Assembly: GCF_009914755.1 (NCBI RefSeq)
Contig: NC_060941.1
DNA: 64,000 bases
Source: the human T2T-CHM13v2.0 reference genome, Homo sapiens
Reading direction: 5' to 3' (one strand)
The notes below the pieces were generated by a model. It was not told where the DNA came from. It saw nothing but the letters and a program-made list of their open reading frames with translations, and searched no databases. The position numbers and the translations under genes are program-made. Shown piece by piece: positions 1 through 14,000 of the stretch (position 1 is the stretch's first letter; the number at the start of each line of letters is the position of its first letter).

Positions 1-1164
1 CATAGACACTAGAGAGAAGCATTGTCAGGAACTTGTTTGTGATGGTTGCATTCAACTCACAGAGTTGAAGGTTCCTTTTCAACCAGCAGTTTCCAAGCAC
101 GCCTTCTGTGGAATCTGCAAGTGGATATTTGGACCTCTTTGAAGATATCGTTGGAAACGGGATAATCTTCACAGAAAAGCTAAACAGAAGCATTCTCAGA
201 AACTCCTTTGTGATGTTTGCATTCAACTCACAGAGTTGAACATTCCTTTTGAGAGACAAGCTTTGAAACACTCTTTCTCTAGAATCTGCAAGTGGATATT
301 TGGAGGGCTTTGAGGCCTGTGGTGGAAAGGGAATTCTCTTCCAGTAAAAACTAGATAGAAGCATTCTCAGAAACTACTTTGTGATGATTGCATTCAAGTC
401 ACAGAGTTGAATATTCCCTTTGACAGAGCACTTTGGAAACTCTCGCTGTGTAGAATCTGCAAGTGGAGATATGGACCGCTTTGAGGCCTATGGTAGTAAA
501 GGAAATAGCTTCATAGAAAAACTAGACAGTAGCATTCTCAGAAAACTGTTTGTGACGACTGAGTTTAACTCACAAGGCTGAACATTCCTTTGGATGGAGC
601 AGTTTCGAAACACACTCTTTGTAGAATCTGCAAGTGGATATTTGGGCCTCTCTGAGGATTTCATTGGAAAAGGGATAAGCCGCACAGAACTAAACAGAAG
701 CATTCTCAGAACCTTCTTCGTGATGTTTGCATTCAACTCACAGTGTTGAACCTTTTTTGATAGTTCAGGTTTGAAACACTCTTTGTGTAGAAACTGCAAG
801 TGGATAATTGCACTTCTTTGAGGCCTATCCTACTAAAGGAAATAACTTCTTCATATAAAATCAAGACAGAAGCTTTCTCAGAAAATCCTCTGGGATGATT
901 GAGTTGAACTCACAGAGCTGTACTTTCCTTGGGATGGAGTAGTTTCGAAACACACTTTCTGTAGAATCTGCAAGTGGATATTTGGACCTGTCTGAGGAAT
1001 TTGTTGGTAACGGGATAATTTCAGCTAACTAAACAGAAGCAGTCTCTGAATTTTCTTTGTGATGTTTGCATTCAAATCCCAGAATTGCACCTTCCTTGGA
1101 AAGTTCAGGTTTGAAACCCTCATTTTGCAGGATCTACAAGTGGATATTTGGACCACTCTGTGGC

Positions 1165-1181
1165 CTTCGTTCGAAACGGGT
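1165..1181 (+). promoter_or_regulatory. CENP-B box (monomer 7), repeated every 2,382 bp
   Basis: cTTCGttcgAaaCGGGt retains all 9 essential bases (TTCG....A..CGGG). Confidence 0.9.
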
Positions 1182-1848
1182 ATATCTTCACATAACGTCT
1201 AGACAGAAGCATTCTCAGAAACTTTTCTGTGATGACTGCATTCAACTCACAGAGTTGAACACTCCTTTTGAGAGTGCAGTTTTGAAACTCTCTTTCTGTG
1301 GAATCTGCAAGGGGACATGTAGACCTCTTTGAAGGTTTCGTTGGAAACAGAATCATCTTCACAAAAAAATTACACGGAAGCATTCTCAGGAACCCCTTGG
1401 TGCTGATTGTATTCAACTTCCAGAGTTGAACTTTCCTTCGGAAAGAGCAGCTATGAAACACTCTTTTTCTAGAATCTGCAAGTGGATATTTGGAGGGCTT
1501 TGAGGTTTGTGGTGGAAAAGGAAATATCTTCACATAAATACTAGATGGAAGCATTCTCAGAAACTACTTTGTGATGATTGCATTCACCTCACAGAGTTGA
1601 ACATTCCTATTGAGAGAGCAGTTTGGAAACACTCTTGTTGGAGAATCTGCAAGTGGAGATTTGGAGCGCTTTGAGGCCTATGGTACTAAAGGGAATAGCT
1701 TCATATAAAAACTAGGCAGAAGCATTCTCAGAAAATACTTTGTGATGATTGAGTTTAACTCACAGAGCTGAACATTCCTTTGGATGGAGCAGGTTTGAAA
1801 CACACTTTTTGTAGAATCTGCAAGTGGATATTTGGACCTCTCTGAGGA

Positions 1849-1865
1849 TTTCGTTGGAAACGGGA
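1849..1865 (+). promoter_or_regulatory. Canonical CENP-B box (monomer 11), repeated every 2,382 bp
   Basis: TTTCGTTGGAAACGGGA matches the consensus YTTCGTTGGAARCGGGA. Confidence 0.95.
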
Positions 1866-2014
1866 TAACTGCACCTAACTAAACAGAAGCATTCTCAGAA
1901 ACTTCTTTGTGATATTTGCATTCAAATCCCAGAGTTGAAACTTCCTTTGATAGGTCAGGTTTGAAACACTCTTTCTGTACGATCTGCAAGTGGATATTTG
2001 GACCACTCTGTGGC

Positions 2015-2031
2015 CTTCGTTCGAAACGGGT
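2015..2031 (+). promoter_or_regulatory. CENP-B box (monomer 12), repeated every 2,382 bp
   Basis: cTTCGttcgAaaCGGGt has the essential bases intact. Confidence 0.9.
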
Positions 2032-5000
2032 ACATCTTCACATAACATCTAGACAGAAGCCTTCTCAGAAACTTCTCTGTGATGATTGCATTCAACTCAC
2101 AGAGTTGAACCCTCCTATAGATATAGCAGTTCTGAATCTCTCTTTTTGTGGAATCTGCAAGTGGATATGTGGACCTCTTTGAAGATGTCTTTGGAAACGG
2201 GAATATCTTCACATAAAAATTAAACAGAAGCATTCTCAGAAACTTCTCTCTCATGTTTGCGTTCAACTCACACAGTTTCACATTGCTTTTCATAGAGCAG
2301 TTCTGAAACATGCTTTTCGGACTGTCTGCAAGTGGACATTTGGAGAGCTTTCAGGCCTGTGTTGGAAAATGAATTATCGTCACATAGACACTAGAGAGAA
2401 GCATTGTCAGGAACTTGTTTGTGATGGTTGCATTCAACTCACAGAGTTGAAGGTTCCTTTTCAACCAGCAGTTTCCAAGCACGCCTTCTGTGGAATCTGC
2501 AAGTGGATATTTGGACCTCTTTGAAGATATCGTTGGAAACGGGATAATCTTCACAGAAAAGCTAAACAGAAGCATTCTCAGAAACTCCTTTGTGATGTTT
2601 GCATTCAACTCACAGAGTTGAACATTCCTTTTGAGAGACAAGCTTTGAAACACTCTTTCTCTAGAATCTGCAAGTGGATATTTGGAGGGCTTTGAGGCCT
2701 GTGGTGGAAAGGGAATTCTCTTCCAGTAAAAACTAGATAGAAGCATTCTCAGAAACTACTTTGTGATGATTGCATTCAAGTCACAGAGTTGAATATTCCC
2801 TTTGACAGAGCACTTTGGAAACTCTCGCTGTGTAGAATCTGCAAGTGGAGATATGGACCGCTTTGAGGCCTATGGTAGTAAAGGAAATAGCTTCATAGAA
2901 AAACTAGACAGTAGCATTCTCAGAAAACTGTTTGTGACGACTGAGTTTAACTCACAAGGCTGAACATTCCTTTGGATGGAGCAGTTTCGAAACACACTCT
3001 TTGTAGAATCTGCAAGTGGATATTTGGGCCTCTCTGAGGATTTCATTGGAAAAGGGATAAGCCGCACAGAACTAAACAGAAGCATTCTCAGAACCTTCTT
3101 CGTGATGTTTGCATTCAACTCACAGTGTTGAACCTTTTTTGATAGTTCAGGTTTGAAACACTCTTTGTGTAGAAACTGCAAGTGGATAATTGCACTTCTT
3201 TGAGGCCTATCCTACTAAAGGAAATAACTTCTTCATATAAAATCAAGACAGAAGCTTTCTCAGAAAATCCTCTGGGATGATTGAGTTGAACTCACAGAGC
3301 TGTACTTTCCTTGGGATGGAGTAGTTTCGAAACACACTTTCTGTAGAATCTGCAAGTGGATATTTGGACCTGTCTGAGGAATTTGTTGGTAACGGGATAA
3401 TTTCAGCTAACTAAACAGAAGCAGTCTCTGAATTTTCTTTGTGATGTTTGCATTCAAATCCCAGAATTGCACCTTCCTTGGAAAGTTCAGGTTTGAAACC
3501 CTCATTTTGCAGGATCTACAAGTGGATATTTGGACCACTCTGTGGCCTTCGTTCGAAACGGGTATATCTTCACATAACGTCTAGACAGAAGCATTCTCAG
3601 AAACTTTTCTGTGATGACTGCATTCAACTCACAGAGTTGAACACTCCTTTTGAGAGCGCAGTTTTGAAACTCTCTTTCTGTGGAATCTGCAAGGGGACAT
3701 GTAGACCTCTTTGAAGGTTTCGTTGGAAACAGAATCATCTTCACAAAAAAATTACACGGAAGCATTCTCAGGAACCCCTTGGTGCTGATTGTATTCAACT
3801 TCCAGAGTTGAACTTTCCTTCGGAGAGAGCAGCTATGAAACACTCTTTTTCTAGAATCTGCAAGTGGATATTTGGAGGGCTTTGAGGTTTGTGGTGGAAA
3901 AGGAAATATCTTCACATAAATACTAGATGGAAGCATTCTCAGAAACTACTTTGTGATGATTGCATTCACCTCACAGAGTTGAACATTCCTATTGAGAGAG
4001 CAGTTTGGAAACACTCTTGTTGGAGAATCTGCAAGTGGAGATTTGGAGCGCTTTGAGGCCTATGGTACTAAAGGGAATAGCTTCATATAAAAACTAGGCA
4101 GAAGCATTCTCAGAAAATACTTTGTGATGATTGAGTTTAACTCACAGAGCTGAACATTCCTTTGGATGGAGCAGGTTTGAAACACACTTTTTGTAGAATC
4201 TGCAAGTGGATATTTGGACCTCTCTGAGGATTTCGTTGGAAACGGGATAACTGCACCTAACTAAACAGAAGCATTCTCAGAAACTTCTTTGTGATATTTG
4301 CATTCAAATCCCAGAGTTGAAACTTCCTTTGATAGGTCAGGTTTGAAACACTCTTTCTGTACGATCTGCAAGTGGATATTTGGACCACTCTGTGGCCTTC
4401 GTTCGAAACGGGTACATCTTCACATAACATCTAGACAGAAGCCTTCTCAGAAACTTCTCTGTGATGATTGCATTCAACTCACAGAGTTGAACCCTCCTAT
4501 AGATATAGCAGTTCTGAATCTCTCTTTTTGTGGAATCTGCAAGTGGATATGTGGACCTCTTTGAAGATGTCTTTGGAAACGGGAATATCTTCACATAAAA
4601 ATTAAACAGAAGCATTCTCAGAAACTTCTCTCTCATGTTTGCGTTCAACTCACACAGTTTCACATTGCTTTTCATAGAGCAGTTCTGAAACATGCTTTTC
4701 GGACTGTCTGCAAGTGGACATTTGGAGAGCTTTCAGGCCTGTGTTGGAAAATGAATTATCGTCACATAGACACTAGAGAGAAGCATTGTCAGGAACTTGT
4801 TTGTGATGGTTGCATTCAACTCACAGAGTTGAAGGTTCCTTTTCAAACAGCAGTTTCCAAGCACGCCTTCTGTGGAATCTGCAAGTGGATATTTGGACCT
4901 CTTTGAAGATATCGTTGGAAACGGGATAATCTTCACAGAAAAGCTAAACAGAAGCATTCTCAGAAACTCCTTTGTGATGTTTGCATTCAACTCACAGAGT

Positions 5001-8000
5001 TGAACATTCCTTTTGAGAGACAAGCTTTGAAACACTCTTTCTCTAGAATCTGCAAGTGGATATTTGGAGGGCTTTGAGGCCTGTGGTGGAAAGGGAATTC
5101 TCTTCCAGTAAAAACTAGATAGAAGCATTCTCAGAAACTACTTTGTGATGATTGCATTCAAGTCACAGAGTTGAATATTCCCTTTGACAGAGCACTTTGG
5201 AAACTCTCGCTGTGTAGAATCTGCAAGTGGAGATATGGACCGCTTTGAGGCCTATGGTAGTAAAGGAAATAGCTTCATAGAAAAACTAGACAGTAGCATT
5301 CTCAGAAAACTGTTTGTGACGACTGAGTTTAACTCACAAGGCTGAACATTCCTTTGGATGGAGCAGTTTCGAAACACACTCTTTGTAGAATCTGCAAGTG
5401 GATATTTGGGCCTCTCTGAGGATTTCATTGGAAAAGGGATAAGCCGCACAGAACTAAACAGAAGCATTCTCAGAACCTTCTTCGTGATGTTTGCATTCAA
5501 CTCACAGTGTTGAACCTTTTTTGATAGTTCAGGTTTGAAACACTCTTTGTGTAGAAACTGCAAGTGGATAATTGCACTTCTTTGAGGCCTATCCTACTAA
5601 AGGAAATAACTTCTTCATATAAAATCAAGACAGAAGCTTTCTCAGAAAATCCTCTGGGATGATTGAGTTGAACTCACAGAGCTGTACTTTCCTTGGGATG
5701 GAGTAGTTTCGAAACACACTTTCTGTAGAATCTGCAAGTGGATATTTGGACCTGTCTGAGGAATTTGTTGGTAACGGGATAATTTCAGCTAACTAAACAG
5801 AAGCAGTCTCTGAATTTTCTTTGTGATGTTTGCATTCAAATCCCAGAATTGCACCTTCCTTGGAAAGTTCAGGTTTGAAACCCTCATTTTGCAGGATCTA
5901 CAAGTGGATATTTGGACCACTCTGTGGCCTTCGTTCGAAACGGGTATATCTTCACATAACGTCTAGACAGAAGCATTCTCAGAAACTTTTCTGTGATGAC
6001 TGCATTCAACTCACAGAGTTGAACACTCCTTTTGAGAGCGCAGTTTTGAAACTCTCTTTCTGTGGAATCTGCAAGGGGACATGTAGACCTCTTTGAAGGT
6101 TTCGTTGGAAACAGAATCATCTTCACAAAAAAATTACACGGAAGCATTCTCAGGAACCCCTTGGTGCTGATTGTATTCAACTTCCAGAGTTGAACTTTCC
6201 TTCGGAGAGAGCAGCTATGAAACACTCTTTTTCTAGAATCTGCAAGTGGATATTTGGAGGGCTTTGAGGTTTGTGGTGGAAAAGGAAATATCTTCACATA
6301 AATACTAGATGGAAGCATTCTCAGAAACTACTTTGTGATGATTGCATTCACCTCACAGAGTTGAACATTCCTATTGAGAGAGCAGTTTGGAAACACTCTT
6401 GTTGGAGAATCTGCAAGTGGAGATTTGGAGCGCTTTGAGGCCTATGGTACTAAAGGGAATAGCTTCATATAAAAACTAGGCAGAAGCATTCTCAGAAAAT
6501 ACTTTGTGATGATTGAGTTTAACTCACAGAGCTGAACATTCCTTTGGATGGAGCAGGTTTGAAACACACTTTTTGTAGAATCTGCAAGTGGATATTTGGA
6601 CCTCTCTGAGGATTTCGTTGGAAACGGGATAACTGCACCTAACTAAACAGAAGCATTCTCAGAAACTTCTTTGTGATATTTGCATTCAAATCCCAGAGTT
6701 GAAACTTCCTTTGATAGGTCAGGTTTGAAACACTCTTTCTGTACGATCTGCAAGTGGATATTTGGACCACTCTGTGGCCTTCGTTCGAAACGGGTACATC
6801 TTCACATAACATCTAGACAGAAGCCTTCTCAGAAACTTCTCTGTGATGATTGCATTCAACTCACAGAGTTGAACCCTCTTATAGATATAGCAGTTCTGAA
6901 TCTCTCTTTTTGTGGAATCTGCAAGTGGATATGTGGACCTCTTTGAAGATGTCTTTGGAAACGGGAATATCTTCACATAAAAATTAAACAGAAGCATTCT
7001 CAGAAACTTCTCTCTCATGTTTGCGTTCAACTCACACAGTTTCACATTGCTTTTCATAGAGCAGTTCTGAAACATGCTTTTCGGACTGTCTGCAAGTGGA
7101 CATTTGGAGAGCTTTCAGGCCTGTGTTGGAAAATGAATTATCGTCACATAGACACTAGAGAGAAGCATTGTCAGGAACTTGTTTGTGATGGTTGCATTCA
7201 ACTCACAGAGTTGAAGGTTCCTTTTCAAACAGCAGTTTCCAAGCACGCCTTCTGTGGAATCTGCAAGTGGATATTTGGACCTCTTTGAAGATATCGTTGG
7301 AAACGGGATAATCTTCACAGAAAAGCTAAACAGAAGCATTCTCAGAAACTCCTTTGTGATGTTTGCATTCAACTCACAGAGTTGAACATTCCTTTTGAGA
7401 GACAAGCTTTGAAACACTCTTTCTCTAGAATCTGCAAGTGGATATTTGGAGGGCTTTGAGGCCTGTGGTGGAAAGGGAATTCTCTTCCAGTAAAAACTAG
7501 ATAGAAGCATTCTCAGAAACTACTTTGTGATGATTGCATTCAAGTCACAGAGTTGAATATTCCCTTTGACAGAGCACTTTGGAAACTCTCGCTGTGTAGA
7601 ATCTGCAAGTGGAGATATGGACCGCTTTGAGGCCTATGGTAGTAAAGGAAATAGCTTCATAGAAAAACTAGACAGTAGCATTCTCAGAAAACTGTTTGTG
7701 ACGACTGAGTTTAACTCACAAGGCTGAACATTCCTTTGGATGGAGCAGTTTCGAAACACACTCTTTGTAGAATCTGCAAGTGGATATTTGGGCCTCTCTG
7801 AGGATTTCATTGGAAAAGGGATAAGCCGCACAGAACTAAACAGAAGCATTCTCAGAACCTTCTTCGTGATGTTTGCATTCAACTCACAGTGTTGAACCTT
7901 TTTTGATAGTTCAGGTTTGAAACACTCTTTGTGTAGAAACTGCAAGTGGATAATTGCACTTCTTTGAGGCCTATCCTACTAAAGGAAATAACTTCTTCAT

Positions 8001-11000
8001 ATAAAATCAAGACAGAAGCTTTCTCAGAAAATCCTCTGGGATGATTGAGTTGAACTCACAGAGCTGTACTTTCCTTGGGATGGAGTAGTTTCGAAACACA
8101 CTTTCTGTAGAATCTGCAAGTGGATATTTGGACCTGTCTGAGGAATTTGTTGGTAACGGGATAATTTCAGCTAACTAAACAGAAGCAGTCTCTGAATTTT
8201 CTTTGTGATGTTTGCATTCAAATCCCAGAATTGCACCTTCCTTGGAAAGTTCAGGTTTGAAACCCTCATTTTGCAGGATCTACAAGTGGATATTTGGACC
8301 ACTCTGTGGCCTTCGTTCGAAACGGGTATATCTTCACATAACGTCTAGACAGAAGCATTCTCAGAAACTTTTCTGTGATGACTGCATTCAACTCACAGAG
8401 TTGAACACTCCTTTTGAGAGCGCAGTTTTGAAACTCTCTTTCTGTGGAATCTGCAAGGGGACATGTAGACCTCTTTGAAGGTTTCGTTGGAAACAGAATC
8501 ATCTTCACAAAAAAATTACACGGAAGCATTCTCAGGAACCCCTTGGTGCTGATTGTATTCAACTTCCAGAGTTGAACTTTCCTTCGGAGAGAGCAGCTAT
8601 GAAACACTCTTTTTCTAGAATCTGCAAGTGGATATTTGGAGGGCTTTGAGGTTTGTGGTGGAAAAGGAAATATCTTCACATAAATACTAGATGGAAGCAT
8701 TCTCAGAAACTACTTTGTGATGATTGCATTCACCTCACAGAGTTGAACATTCCTATTGAGAGAGCAGTTTGGAAACACTCTTGTTGGAGAATCTGCAAGT
8801 GGAGATTTGGAGCGCTTTGAGGCCTATGGTACTAAAGGGAATAGCTTCATATAAAAACTAGGCAGAAGCATTCTCAGAAAATACTTTGTGATGATTGAGT
8901 TTAACTCACAGAGCTGAACATTCCTTTGGATGGAGCAGGTTTGAAACACACTTTTTGTAGAATCTGCAAGTGGATATTTGGACCTCTCTGAGGATTTCGT
9001 TGGAAACGGGATAACTGCACCTAACTAAACAGAAGCATTCTCAGAAACTTCTTTGTGATATTTGCATTCAAATCCCAGAGTTGAAACTTCCTTTGATAGG
9101 TCAGGTTTGAAACACTCTTTCTGTACGATCTGCAAGTGGATATTTGGACCACTCTGTGGCCTTCGTTCGAAACGGGTACATCTTCACATAACATCTAGAC
9201 AGAAGCCTTCTCAGAAACTTCTCTGTGATGATTGCATTCAACTCACAGAGTTGAACCCTCTTATAGATATAGCAGTTCTGAATCTCTCTTTTTGTGGAAT
9301 CTGCAAGTGGATATGTGGACCTCTTTGAAGATGTCTTTGGAAACGGGAATATCTTCACATAAAAATTAAACAGAAGCATTCTCAGAAACTTCTCTCTCAT
9401 GTTTGCGTTCAACTCACACAGTTTCACATTGCTTTTCATAGAGCAGTTCTGAAACATGCTTTTCGGACTGTCTGCAAGTGGACATTTGGAGAGCTTTCAG
9501 GCCTGTGTTGGAAAATGAATTATCGTCACATAGACACTAGAGAGAAGCATTGTCAGGAACTTGTTTGTGATGGTTGCATTCAACTCACAGAGTTGAAGGT
9601 TCCTTTTCAAACAGCAGTTTCCAAGCACGCCTTCTGTGGAATCTGCAAGTGGATATTTGGACCTCTTTGAAGATATCGTTGGAAACGGGATAATCTTCAC
9701 AGAAAAGCTAAACAGAAGCATTCTCAGAAACTCCTTTGTGATGTTTGCATTCAACTCACAGAGTTGAACATTCCTTTTGAGAGACAAGCTTTGAAACACT
9801 CTTTCTCTAGAATCTGCAAGTGGATATTTGGAGGGCTTTGAGGCCTGTGGTGGAAAGGGAATTCTCTTCCAGTAAAAACTAGATAGAAGCATTCTCAGAA
9901 ACTACTTTGTGATGATTGCATTCAAGTCACAGAGTTGAATATTCCCTTTGACAGAGCACTTTGGAAACTCTCGCTGTGTAGAATCTGCAAGTGGAGATAT
10001 GGACCGCTTTGAGGCCTATGGTAGTAAAGGAAATAGCTTCATAGAAAAACTAGACAGTAGCATTCTCAGAAAACTGTTTGTGACGACTGAGTTTAACTCA
10101 CAAGGCTGAACATTCCTTTGGATGGAGCAGTTTCGAAACACACTCTTTGTAGAATCTGCAAGTGGATATTTGGGCCTCTCTGAGGATTTCATTGGAAAAG
10201 GGATAAGCCGCACAGAACTAAACAGAAGCATTCTCAGAACCTTCTTCGTGATGTTTGCATTCAACTCACAGTGTTGAACCTTTTTTGATAGTTCAGGTTT
10301 GAAACACTCTTTGTGTAGAAACTGCAAGTGGATAATTGCACTTCTTTGAGGCCTATCCTACTAAAGGAAATAACTTCTTCATATAAAATCAAGACAGAAG
10401 CTTTCTCAGAAAATCCTCTGGGATGATTGAGTTGAACTCACAGAGCTGTACTTTCCTTGGGATGGAGTAGTTTCGAAACACACTTTCTGTAGAATCTGCA
10501 AGTGGATATTTGGACCTGTCTGAGGAATTTGTTGGTAACGGGATAATTTCAGCTAACTAAACAGAAGCAGTCTCTGAATTTTCTTTGTGATGTTTGCATT
10601 CAAATCCCAGAATTGCACCTTCCTTGGAAAGTTCAGGTTTGAAACCCTCATTTTGCAGGATCTACAAGTGGATATTTGGACCACTCTGTGGCCTTCGTTC
10701 GAAACGGGTATATCTTCACATAACGTCTAGACAGAAGCATTCTCAGAAACTTTTCTGTGATGACTGCATTCAACTCACAGAGTTGAACACTCCTTTTGAG
10801 AGCGCAGTTTTGAAACTCTCTTTCTGTGGAATCTGCAAGGGGACATGTAGACCTCTTTGAAGGTTTCGTTGGAAACAGAATCATCTTCACAAAAAAATTA
10901 CACGGAAGCATTCTCAGGAACCCCTTGGTGCTGATTGTATTCAACTTCCAGAGTTGAACTTTCCTTCGGAGAGAGCAGCTATGAAACACTCTTTTTCTAG

Positions 11001-14000
11001 AATCTGCAAGTGGATATTTGGAGGGCTTTGAGGTTTGTGGTGGAAAAGGAAATATCTTCACATAAATACTAGATGGAAGCATTCTCAGAAACTACTTTGT
11101 GATGATTGCATTCACCTCACAGAGTTGAACATTCCTATTGAGAGAGCAGTTTGGAAACACTCTTGTTGGAGAATCTGCAAGTGGAGATTTGGAGCGCTTT
11201 GAGGCCTATGGTACTAAAGGGAATAGCTTCATATAAAAACTAGGCAGAAGCATTCTCAGAAAATACTTTGTGATGATTGAGTTTAACTCACAGAGCTGAA
11301 CATTCCTTTGGATGGAGCAGGTTTGAAACACACTTTTTGTAGAATCTGCAAGTGGATATTTGGACCTCTCTGAGGATTTCGTTGGAAACGGGATAACTGC
11401 ACCTAACTAAACAGAAGCATTCTCAGAAACTTCTTTGTGATATTTGCATTCAAATCCCAGAGTTGAAACTTCCTTTGATAGGTCAGGTTTGAAACACTCT
11501 TTCTGTACGATCTGCAAGTGGATATTTGGACCACTCTGTGGCCTTCGTTCGAAACGGGTACATCTTCACATAACATCTAGACAGAAGCCTTCTCAGAAAC
11601 TTCTCTGTGATGATTGCATTCAACTCACAGAGTTGAACCCTCCTATAGATATAGCAGTTCTGAATCTCTCTTTTTGTGGAATCTGCAAGTGGATATGTGG
11701 ACCTCTTTGAAGATGTCTTTGGAAACGGGAATATCTTCACATAAAAATTAAACAGAAGCATTCTCAGAAACTTCTCTCTCATGTTTGCGTTCAACTCACA
11801 CAGTTTCACATTGCTTTTCATAGAGCAGTTCTGAAACATGCTTTTCGGACTGTCTGCAAGTGGACATTTGGAGAGCTTTCAGGCCTGTGTTGGAAAATGA
11901 ATTATCGTCACATAGACACTAGAGAGAAGCATTGTCAGGAACTTGTTTGTGATGGTTGCATTCAACTCACAGAGTTGAAGGTTCCTTTTCAACCAGCAGT
12001 TTCCAAGCACGCCTTCTGTGGAATCTGCAAGTGGATATTTGGACCTCTTTGAAGATATCGTTGGAAACGGGATAATCTTCACAGAAAAGCTAAACAGAAG
12101 CATTCTCAGAAACTCCTTTGTGATGTTTGCATTCAACTCACAGAGTTGAACATTCCTTTTGAGAGACAAGCTTTGAAACACTCTTTCTCTAGAATCTGCA
12201 AGTGGATATTTGGAGGGCTTTGAGGCCTGTGGTGGAAAGGGAATTCTCTTCCAGTAAAAACTAGATAGAAGCATTCTCAGAAACTACTTTGTGATGATTG
12301 CATTCAAGTCACAGAGTTGAATATTCCCTTTGACAGAGCACTTTGGAAACTCTCGCTGTGTAGAATCTGCAAGTGGAGATATGGACCGCTTTGAGGCCTA
12401 TGGTAGTAAAGGAAATAGCTTCATAGAAAAACTAGACAGTAGCATTCTCAGAAAACTGTTTGTGACGACTGAGTTTAACTCACAAGGCTGAACATTCCTT
12501 TGGATGGAGCAGTTTCGAAACACACTCTTTGTAGAATCTGCAAGTGGATATTTGGGCCTCTCTGAGGATTTCATTGGAAAAGGGATAAGCCGCACAGAAC
12601 TAAACAGAAGCATTCTCAGAACCTTCTTCGTGATGTTTGCATTCAACTCACAGTGTTGAACCTTTTTTGATAGTTCAGGTTTGAAACACTCTTTGTGTAG
12701 AAACTGCAAGTGGATAATTGCACTTCTTTGAGGCCTATCCTACTAAAGGAAATAACTTCTTCATATAAAATCAAGACAGAAGCTTTCTCAGAAAATCCTC
12801 TGGGATGATTGAGTTGAACTCACAGAGCTGTACTTTCCTTGGGATGGAGTAGTTTCGAAACACACTTTCTGTAGAATCTGCAAGTGGATATTTGGACCTG
12901 TCTGAGGAATTTGTTGGTAACGGGATAATTTCAGCTAACTAAACAGAAGCAGTCTCTGAATTTTCTTTGTGATGTTTGCATTCAAATCCCAGAATTGCAC
13001 CTTCCTTGGAAAGTTCAGGTTTGAAACCCTCATTTTGCAGGATCTACAAGTGGATATTTGGACCACTCTGTGGCCTTCGTTCGAAACGGGTATATCTTCA
13101 CATAACGTCTAGACAGAAGCATTCTCAGAAACTTTTCTGTGATGACTGCATTCAACTCACAGAGTTGAACACTCCTTTTGAGAGCGCAGTTTTGAAACTC
13201 TCTTTCTGTGGAATCTGCAAGGGGACATGTAGACCTCTTTGAAGGTTTCGTTGGAAACAGAATCATCTTCACAAAAAAATTACACGGAAGCATTCTCAGG
13301 AACCCCTTGGTGCTGATTGTATTCAACTTCCAGAGTTGAACTTTCCTTCGGAGAGAGCAGCTATGAAACACTCTTTTTCTAGAATCTGCAAGTGGATATT
13401 TGGAGGGCTTTGAGGTTTGTGGTGGAAAAGGAAATATCTTCACATAAATACTAGATGGAAGCATTCTCAGAAACTACTTTGTGATGATTGCATTCACCTC
13501 ACAGAGTTGAACATTCCTATTGAGAGAGCAGTTTGGAAACACTCTTGTTGGAGAATCTGCAAGTGGAGATTTGGAGCGCTTTGAGGCCTATGGTACTAAA
13601 GGGAATAGCTTCATATAAAAACTAGGCAGAAGCATTCTCAGAAAATACTTTGTGATGATTGAGTTTAACTCACAGAGCTGAACATTCCTTTGGATGGAGC
13701 AGGTTTGAAACACACTTTTTGTAGAATCTGCAAGTGGATATTTGGACCTCTCTGAGGATTTCGTTGGAAACGGGATAACTGCACCTAACTAAACAGAAGC
13801 ATTCTCAGAAACTTCTTTGTGATATTTGCATTCAAATCCCAGAGTTGAAACTTCCTTTGATAGGTCAGGTTTGAAACACTCTTTCTGTACGATCTGCAAG
13901 TGGATATTTGGACCACTCTGTGGCCTTCGTTCGAAACGGGTACATCTTCACATAACATCTAGACAGAAGCCTTCTCAGAAACTTCTCTGTGATGATTGCA

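Noticed and set aside
602-951. 10-bp palindromes GTTTCGAAAC (602-611, 942-951) as cruciform signals
   Set aside because: They are single-base variants of the common gttttgaaac motif and too short to support a structural claim without folding or probing data.
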